A stretch of DNA of 64,000 nt from Octopus vulgaris. Lineage: Eukaryota. Shown piece by piece: positions 54,275-64,000 of the stretch. The position numbers and the translations under genes were made by a program. Every line of letters starts with the position of its first letter. Position 1 is the stretch's first letter. The stretch is taken from positions 126,852,001 to 126,916,000 of the forward strand of contig OX597819.1 in NCBI GenBank assembly GCA_951406725.2, read 5' to 3'. Under the pieces are notes generated by a model. That model did not search any database. It was not told the DNA's origin and saw nothing but the letters and a program-made list of their open reading frames with translations.

Positions 54275-54580
54275 CATCATCATCATCATCGTTTAACGTC
54301 CGCTTTCCATGCTAGCATGAGTTGGACGATTTTGACTGAGGGCTGGCGAACCAGATGGCTACACCAGGCTTCAATCTTGATTTGGCAGAGTTTCTACATC
54401 TGGATGCCCTTCCTAATGCCAACCACTCTGAGAGTGTAGTGGGTGCTTTTTACGTGCCACCACAGCACGGGGGCCAGTCAGGCAGTACTGGCAACGACCT
54501 CGCTCGAATCTTTTTACACGTGCCACCAGCACAGGTGCCAGTAAGGCGACGTTGGTAATGATCACGCTCGAATGGTGCCA
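54275..54580 (-). mobile_element. Interspersed retroelement fragment with a (GAT)n 3' tail
   Basis: (CAT)n-CGTTTAACGTCCGCTTTCCATGCTAGCATG...CTGGATGCCCTTCCTAATGCCAACC is GC-rich relative to its flanks, and I recall it as an abundant octopus repeat. Class not established. Confidence 0.65.
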
Positions 54581-55437
54581 AAAGCAGCGCTAGTGTTGGA
54601 AGCATTATCCATCACACACACACTCAATATATGTGTTTTGCTTGTTCGTCGGTACGCTAGGTCATAGCGAGGAAGAGATGTCTCCTTCAAAGAGTTGGGT
54701 GTTAAGATACCTGAATGTCATAGACATGTGAGACAACCCGCCTTTAATCTCATTCAGGAGTGTTGGATACCGATACAAACGGTAAGCCTATGTCCTTAAA
54801 ATAGTTCCCTTTGCTAGCACGTAGAAATGGATTTAATCCCACTGAACAGTATCATGGGTAAGCTTCGGTTGATAAACGAAATCTTTGTGAATGAAATTTG
54901 TAACAGAAAATTAGTATGTATATATGAACATATGTTTGGATGTATATACGTATATGTCCGTGCATGTATGTGGGTGTTTGTATATGAGTGTGTTTTCCGA
55001 ATCGGTAAATCATGAAACAATAATTGGACATTTCGTTACAACTTTTGACATTCTAACTTCAAATGCTGCTCTAATTGAATATACCTTTCGACCCTAACAG
55101 CGAAAAGTACTGGGGACAAAATAAAGTACTAAAACCTTAAAGGGTGGTGTCCAGGGCAGTTGAAATCTATTAAATGAAACCATTAATTGAATATATTTGT
55201 ATGATATACTTATATATTGTATTTCCGTTGAATATAATTAATTATAATATGAATCAAAATAATCCCCAAAATTCTGAGATTTCGAGTCCTCATTACAGTC
55301 TTAATTCTTAATATTTAGTTTTTATATATTTTATTATGTTCAAATAAAGTACTTGGCTAAGCACCATACTTTTGAAATTCGAGAGATCATACAGGCTGTA
55401 ATTCTCTGTTTAATAAAAGCTGTTGACAACACTCAAG

Positions 55438-55487
<50 letters not shown>

Positions 55488-56434
55488 TGCTCATGAACTG
55501 TTTTTATTAAATACAATCTCTGGTACTTTTGGAAGCGTAAATAAAGATAAAAATTCTCGTGCGTACGTTTGTGCTATTCTTGTATGTATGTATGTGTATA
55601 TATATATATGAGTTTGATCTGAGAACATAATCTTTTGTGGTGAATGGCGATTTGACGTCTATATCTAGCATGTTGACTGTCCACTTTTCGTGTTCAGTCC
55701 TTAATTGGTATATATATATATATATAAGATGTTACTAAGTACATTTCCATTGAGGATATCAAACCGTAGATTAATAGCTTCAATGCAACACTCACTTTGT
55801 CTAGACAGAGCGATATTTTTCAATGATATTTATCAAAAAAAAAAAATTTTTTAAATGCATAAAATAAATTAAAATAAAAAATATTCTGCCGCAATTTTTT
55901 TATGGCACTATTTATGCTTTCCTAATAATAATAATAATAATCTAACTTTTTCAAGTACCATGGCTATTCAACCTGCACTCCAGTTTCTGTACTCTGAATT
56001 TATATTTATATATACATTGATCATCACACTGACGACACGTGTCTCACTTTGTTCATGTGTACGTATAACAAAATGTCTACTTTCTGTTTCTTACTAACAC
56101 TAGAGTTTTCCACAATTGTCGCCGTTCTAAGTCGAAATGCGCCTTGCTTTTATTCCTATTTGTTTAATAATGTTTTATGAATTGGCCTTTGGTTACAGTC
56201 GTAAGACTTTTTTTAAAGACACGTGTTTTTAATCGTAACCCTGAAGCCTTCCAAATGATAGATACCTACATTTTTCCACTCGCCGAAATCCTAGTGATTC
56301 TGGAATGAATGTTAAATAGTTAAATAATAAAATGGACTTATCCGTGTCTGTATTTTGTCCTCTCTGTCAGTTGTACAAATCATTATTCATTATACTGAAT
56401 TTTCATTTCTAGCGTCCAATCACATTTTTCATCT

Positions 56435-56496
<62 letters not shown>

Positions 56497-57475
56497 TTTG
56501 TTATATATACATATATCTTTACTCACACACACACACACATACACATGTATGTGTGTGTATAGCGCAAGTATATTCACTTAAACATGCGCATTTCTGGAAC
56601 TTGGTTATATATTTAACGAGCAAAGTGTCTGTGTTGTAATGAAGGAGAGTAGGCACTGATTGTCTAATAGACAAACACTCAGTTTAATCAGAGTTTACTG
56701 TCTAATTTTTGAAGCCATGTTGTTGTTGTTGGTGGTGTTGTTATTGCTTGTTATGTTTATCTTATTTATTTGTTGATACAATTGCCTTGGGTTAGGCTTG
56801 TCCGCAAATTGAAAGCGACAAAGTTCTGAAACGCATGGAGGATTCTGTAGAAAGAGTGTATGCGGGACTTGAACTGCGGACAACAGATTCAATCGGCCAA
56901 AACAAGGCGCTTCCTTTTATTGAAGATGAAAAGAAATTATAGTAGGCTGGCGGTCGATAAATCTTCAGTACTCATTAGATTTGAGGAAGTTGTGATCCGT
57001 CTGGTCGATATTGGAGGCAGTACACCGAACGAAATTAATGGCATTCACCATTATGCTATTTTATTTTATTTTATTTTATCTTAGTTTCCAACCTTACTCA
57101 TTTCTTTGGTCTAAAATAGTTGAATCCTTAAATTCGCTGCTCTCGTTGTTGGATCGCATGGCTAAATTTTTCATCTCATTGAAGTTAGCGGTAAATATAT
57201 CAGCCATTTTTATTTATTTTTTAAAGCACTATTTTAATGTATCCATTTCTCATGCACATGGTCTTTTCTGCTTTGTTTTTCTTTCTATTTTAATAATAAT
57301 AATAATGATGATAATAATAATAATAATAATAATAATAATTATTATTATTATTATTATTATTATAAAATTTAAAAAATCGCGATGACAAAAACGATTTAAC
57401 GCAAAGTAGTAAAATATGACAAATATGAATTAAATTTCAAGAAGGTAATTATCAAAGTGGATATGAAAATTCTTT

Positions 57476-57517
<42 letters not shown>

Positions 57518-57973
57518 GATAGCACATGCATCGTAAATATCTGGGAACTGTAAGAAAGCCAAATTAGTATTGTGTTAGTAAGTCGAAAAAGGAATCTGCT
57601 GTCGTATTAGGTGGCATTTGAGACGATGTACAAAGAAGAAGTTGTCGTATCAGTTCTACTCAAGCTCCAGAATTGTCTGTTTGATATCCATATATCGCAC
57701 ATACTCGAAAGGATTTTATGCCTAATATTTACCTGGATGTCGTGGATATGAAACAAACCTCTTAAGCATTTTGAACGAGAGACACAGAGAAAGCTGTACT
57801 CATGTACATCTAAGTAGATTGTAACAATATGACATGCTCAATGATCAATGAACCCGCCTGTTTTGGAACAGAACCAACGGCATTACGATGATTATAAGCT
57901 GGACACTCCTAACCACTGGACGATATACTTTCGCTTTAACTCAATATTTCTAATGCAATATAACTGTATATGT

Positions 57974-58182
57974 AAGGCGGCGAGCTGGCAGAAACGCTAG
58001 CACGCCGGGCGAAATGCTTAGCAGTATTTCGCCTGCCGTTACGTTCTGAGTTCAAATTCCGCCGAGGTCGACTTTGCTTTCTTTCTTTCGAGGTCGATAA
58101 ATTAAGTCCCAGTTGCTTACTGGGGTCAATCTAGTCGACTGTCGCCCCCTAAAATTTTGGGCTTGTGTCTAGAGTAGAAAAG
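57974..58182 (+). mobile_element. SINE family 1, full copy with a 17-bp TSD
   Basis: TSD aatataactgtatatgt at 57957-57973 and 58183-58199. Confidence 0.92.
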
Positions 58183-58260
58183 AATATAACTGTATATGTT
58201 GAGTGTGTGTACTTTATATTGCATCTGTGTGTGTGTGTATTATGTATATATATATATATT

Positions 58261-58432
58261 CGCCATGATAGATCGCTAGCCACTACACATTCTTTATTTT
58301 CTCTCCTTGTTTCTTTCTGTGAAAGAGCGTAGGCTCGAAACGTTAAATACATTTTCACTTCCCGAGCGTTAAACTAATACATCTGTTTGTTGTCTACACC
58401 ACCTGTCTTCGTCTTTTGTTTTTGTGAATTCT

Positions 58433-58436
<4 letters not shown>
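58261..58436 (+). mobile_element. Short repeat between (TA)n tracts, possibly a Penelope-like terminal-repeat derivative
   Basis: Contains CTGTGAAAGAGCGTAGGCTCGAAACGTT with hairpin GAGC-GTAG-GCTC then GAAAC; flanked by (TA)n on both sides. Confidence 0.45.
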
Positions 58437-58472
<36 letters not shown>

Positions 58473-61400
58473 ATATACATATAACAGTACGCATATGTAT
58501 AATATGGTGTATGTACATATATTAATATAATATATACATCACGTAAAATATATATTACATTAACTATATATGTGGATAATCGTAGACTGTACAATATGTA
58601 TTGTAGAAATGTTTCATAATTTAAATTTTTTGTTTTCATAAAAAAGTTTAGGAAATCATTAAACAATTTCTTTTTACGCCTATATTATATTATGAGTATT
58701 TTCGTCTAGAATTAACATTCTATATACAAACCATCTATTAATATTTTGAAGTTCGTTATTCCTCTGTCCGTGGAATGCAGCATGCGGTTTGCTTGCGCGT
58801 GTCTGTGTTTAATGAACTGGGATAAGCTGTTAGGAATAGATCGCCTTTTACTTTTGCGCCAGTTGATGTATTTAAAGAAAGTGCCTGAATGACATATTAT
58901 CAACCAATTGCTGCCGTTCCTTATAAATAAAACTTTTACTGGAGTTCTAACTAAGAAAATAAAACAAGGAGACACGCGACTATTTCCATTTGGCTTCATT
59001 TACTTTCTTTTTCGCGTTTTCTCTTCCGCCCTTATCAACACCAATATAAGAAATGATGTTTATGATAACCCTCCTCCCACCCATGAAATGAGTTGAGCAA
59101 ATCTTCACACTTCTGTGGGTGCTTTTCACTGCCTCTCTCTCACTCTCACTTTATCTCTCTCTCTCACACTGTCTCGCACTCTCTCTCTCCCTACTGCATC
59201 TATATCAAACTCTTCTTTTTCCCCATGGATGTGAATGGGTGGTGGACTAGCAATGACCACTGTGTCGGTAGCTCTGCTCTTCTACTTCGCCGAATAACTA
59301 ACGGAGACACCGTTTATTTTATTTATTTATTATTTTTTTCTCTACGAGCCCCTCTCATTTTTTTTATTCCTTCTCCCATTTGTATTTTGTTCACACTTCT
59401 ACAGTGGTCTTACACTTTACTTAACAGACAGTTTTAAATATTGGCGATGACAGCAATTCATCCACCCTCTAATTTCTTATCACTAATCGCTGTTCTTCAC
59501 CGCCTGACATTAGTCGCTAAGTTATAACCCACTGGCTTTATATGTCGTAGTAAACACATACATTTATATACATTTGGCTCACAGGAATACACTTATTTAT
59601 ATCTTAATAGATTACATTCTCATTGTACAGAATTGTGTGTGAGGGGGGGGGGGGGGTAGTAGAGAAGCCTTCAAAATAAAACAGATAGTGTTTCTGATAA
59701 CGTGTACGTATATCTTCCATTCATTACCCACATGGCTGCTCGAACCCCAAGAAATAGCAGCAGAATATCCTAGAAATTACATACATCAGTGTCTATGACG
59801 GCGGTCCCTAGTCTGAGTTACACGGAATTCAGGGTGTCCGTGATTTACATAGATAATTTGATATAGATAATTTATATAGTGTGAAATGTTTATTTATTCA
59901 GTTACATATATTCATTCAAGTTCTTGTACTTTTCAACTGAGAAATGAAAATGTGTAGAATTTGTTTCAATGTAATCGGCTTGTTGAATAGGTAGACCTTT
60001 AAAAAGACTCGGTCCTTGTGGGATAAATTCATTAGGATAAACGAGCCCTTAGTAGTGATGTAGTAAGTAAGTACTGCTCTACCATTTAGAATAACACGAA
60101 CATATTGGATAATGCTGTACAAAATATTATCCTTTGTCTAGAAATTTCATCGATCTCGTGAAACAGAAATTAAAGTCCACTTGGAATGAATGACAAAATA
60201 TTTTGACAAATACATTCTATCGTCTTTTGCGAATTCTCTCGTAACAGGTGGGACTTCGTACAGTGGTAGTCTATCAAATTGTATCCGTGGTAAAAGACTT
60301 GATATATATTGTGATCGAACTGTGAACCATGCAGCTTCGAATTGAACTTCATAACCACAAAGTTATGTCTGACCATAGAATTATCACTCATTGTTTTAAG
60401 ATTGAATTAAAAGATAGAAAAAAAAAAAACATTTAAAAAAAAATGAACAAGAAGACAATATTTATGAAAATTAAATGTCAGTTCATAAGTGTGGTAACAT
60501 TTCTCATCGAGTTTGACGAAATGGAGGTTAAACGTCTGTTTGAGACAGCCAAGCTTGAAAGAATTTCACTAACTACCATTAATGATAAAATATATTTTGG
60601 CTTATTTTACAGTAAACCATTAGTAATCATCCAGAGATTCGGACTTTTGACCAGACAACATTAATTGTCATGTAAAATAATGTTTTTTGCTTTTCTTCAC
60701 TATTTTTTTTTCCAATTCAAGGATATGATGTTCTCTTGTAAAATATAGTTTTCTCTTTTGTTATCATAAAATTCCACCCATTTTGACTACCAAAACAAAG
60801 AAATATAATTTGGAAATTTATAATTTCAATATTTCAATTTTAGATTAGTCTCGTTGTTATAAAATATATTTTGCAGGGGTAGGTGGGTCGAGGGTAGAAG
60901 TGCTGTTTTCTTTTCATTCATATATTTAGTTTTTAGACTTTCATCTTAAAACCAAACATTCTTCTTCTTCTTCTTTTTCTTCTTCTTTTTCTTCTTCTTC
61001 TTCTTTCCTTCTTCTAATTATTATTATTATTACTATTGGAAGGAAGAGAAGGGTGAAAGATTACTATTAGAGTGGCAAGCAAGATTCCTTCCAATGTTTA
61101 ACTTCGAATCTTTGTATTCGGCGCTAAAATTTCGTTCTGATCGATTTTATCTGTCATCATTCCAGATCGATAAAGTAAACTACCAGTAATATAGTGGGGG
61201 TAAATTTAATCAACTACACTGTTTTCTTCATGTATGATCATGTGCCCATGTTAAAAATCAACACTATTAGGAAGGCGAATGGCAAAAAGGATTGAAAGGC
61301 AAACAAACTGCGTTGTGGTATTTAGTTATTTTGAATCCAAATCCTCACGATGTCGATCTTGCCTTTCATCGATAAAATATCTATAACCCAAATACCAAGA

Positions 61401-62711
61401 CATTTAACCAAAACTTTTGAAATTGATATTACAGTTTAATTCTACTTTCTTGGTTTCTTTTTAAAATGTTTATTTCATAATCTTTCTATGACTGACGGGA
61501 AAACAGAAATCTCTATGAATCGCAGTTTAAGATCTCTCTCGCTTACTCTTTTCTTCCTCCTCCCACTCCTCCTTATCTCCCTCTCTGTTCCTCACATCTT
61601 TTAATCTATTGCACTCCCCCACTATCCTCGTATACTTGGTGTACTGTAGTTCTTGCTGCTGGCATAACTTGGCCTTGTTTAGCATTCACCATGATGAGGT
61701 GGTCTCCGTTAATCGTTTCTCAGATGACATTCTAGTGACAACTTGACGGAGCAGTCTTTACGCAACAATGCATTTTACGACAGACCGCCAAGGTTATAAT
61801 TATAGTTTATGTCCTTGCAGTCAAATTTATAACGGTATAAAATGAACGAGACGATAGTTTAGTAGATATATAGGTAGATAAGAAAGATATGGAGTCAGTT
61901 AACGAAAGGACTACGACATTTCAGAAACAACCAAGACTTCGTACTAGATATATAGCGAACTTCAGGTGCTTTGTTTCTACAACTATAACTTATTTTAAAA
62001 GATTTTAATAATTAAAAGTACCGATGGAGTGGTCAATCGAACTGCTAGAAATAGCGAATAAAATCACAATTAAATCATAGGATAGGATGTAGAAAATAAA
62101 AACTTGTTAAAATCAGGAAAAGCATACTGCATAATGAAGTTTGATATAAATTTTCTGTAAAGATAGGAACGTTACAGCTACAGTGCCATTTGGAAGATAA
62201 AAACCTGAATATTAATTTTGAAAACGAAGTATTTACAGTATCTATTTTGATGCTAATATACTCAATATTTTCCTATTGGTAAAACTGCAATAAACTATTT
62301 GTGTAATAATATACATATTTACATGAAGAAGCAATAAAAAAAACGCAAAAAAGTATGTGGTAAAAAGAAACCCAGAATAAAAGGATTAAGTTTTGATATT
62401 CTGTATAAGTGCAACATACTTATGTCTTTTACGCGCTATACATCACCCGATAGAACTGACATTGATATATAACACAAGAAACTAAGGGTCTAACAATAAT
62501 AGTAATAAAACAAAAGAAAAAAATAGGAAAAATGAAACTAAACAATAATCGCAATAAAAAGTGCAAGGACTCACATATATGTGTATGTATGTATGTATGT
62601 GTGTGTGTATATATATATGCATATGATATAGCTATATGTATAATGTGTTTACGCGTATCTGTGCGTGTGAGTGCTTGTGTGTGCATATCTATGCGGGTAT
62701 GTGTATATTAT

Positions 62712-62752
<41 letters not shown>

Positions 62753-63469
62753 TAAATAGAGAGGGTCAAAAACAGAAAAAGCGAGATATGTTTACATATC
62801 TATAAAGATATGGGAATATATGTGTACATCAGTATATGTATGTGTGTCTGTGTGTGTGTGTGTGTATGAATGTATGTATAAATGGCTGTAAAATATTATA
62901 TACCTCTGCGATTCCAAGTTTTTCATAGGCAGTTCCTTGTTTTGTAACGCAACATTAATCCTCAGTGTAAACTGGTTACTTGTATATTAAATGGCTTCTT
63001 TATTAATGATTGCTTAAAAGGAAAAAAAAAAAGTAAGCAGCCATATGTCTGCTATGCAATGGAAGTAACGTATGTGCATACATCCACTCACACACACACA
63101 CACACACAAACATGTTTAGCTTTATATAGCTATAAAAATCGCGTAAACATGTCACTGTATTCAGGTATTTATTCTTTCAATAAGACAATAGCTATCTCGC
63201 AGTTTCAGCTATTCAGACCTGTGTTTTAATACCAGAATAACTAAATGAAAAATATGTTGATTTAAATGACAGAAGTCAGATATTGACAGAAAGTTAGAAA
63301 ATTTGGTTGTGTTAGCTATATTTATTCTTATAATTTATCGTAACTTGTTAGTTACTGAAGAAATGACATACATTTCTGTATTATATCTAAATCTTACAGA
63401 ATGTAAAGTTCATACATACATACACACATACATACATACATCATACATACATACATTTATTATTATTAT

Positions 63470-63570
63470 TAATTCCGTCGACTTTGCCTTTCATACTTTC
63501 TGTGTCGATGAAATAAGTACCAGTTACGCACTGGAGTCGATGTAATCGACTAGACCCCTTCCCCCAAAAG
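63470..63570 (+). mobile_element. SINE family 1 core fragment
   Basis: GTCGACTTTGCCTTTCAT...AAATAAGTACCAGTTACGCACTGGAGTCGATGTAATCGAC. Confidence 0.85.
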
Positions 63571-64000
63571 AAATAATAATAATAGTAATACTAATAATAA
63601 TAATAATAATAATTATTATTATTATTATTATTATTATTATTTGCTGCTGCGTTTCTGAATTTATGCGGAAGGATGCAGTTGTTAAGTTCTCTAAAAGAAT
63701 TGAATGTTAATTATATCTATATTCCCCGTCGAAATTATGGACATTAATTCTATATCACAACGTTATGCAATAGGTTAATTTTTCATGAGAGCGAACCCTT
63801 TACTTTATATATATATATATATATAAGGCTTTAAACCTACTAAGTCTTAGGTCATCTCAAGTTACACCAATTATTACATCGTTAGGTATTATATTATGTC
63901 AGAAAAGGAATATTATAGTTCTACTTCGGTTCTCATTCAGTCGACTTCAGCATTCACTATTTTCAGTGTCAAATTGTTTTGATCTGTCTTTTTCTCTTTT

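Noticed and set aside
47540-64000. Further downstream or terminal exons of the gene
   Set aside because: I found no phase-1 exon with convincing splice sites and coding character by eye. The gene probably continues beyond the window, or a small exon was missed.

Overview
AT-rich, microsatellite-dense animal genomic DNA. The tRNA-derived SINE families match my recollection of Octopus repeats, so the source is probably an octopus or related coleoid cephalopod; no search was run. Almost all tracked ORFs are simple-repeat or chance artefacts. The real coding content is four small + strand internal exons: 21494-21546, 27016-27277, 38693-38899 and 47435-47539. All have AG/GT ends and compatible phases (1-0, 0-1, 1-1, 1-1), and together they encode a Ser/Thr/Pro/Gly/Asn-rich transcription-factor-like segment. 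It most resembles the region of Pax2/5/8 after the octapeptide; the paired box and stop codon were not found in the window. The introns hold several SINE families (some with target-site duplications), remnants of CR1/L2-group and restriction-like-endonuclease LINEs, a decayed and partly duplicated mariner, probable Penelope-like debris, and very long (TA)n and (TCTA)n tracts. The main unexplained structures are a series of long intronic fold-back palindromes, SINE multimers with the same junction at separate loci, a LINE/SINE shared 3' tail with a conserved stem-loop, and degenerate hammerhead-like motifs in one inverted repeat. No intact novel protein-coding system is visible.
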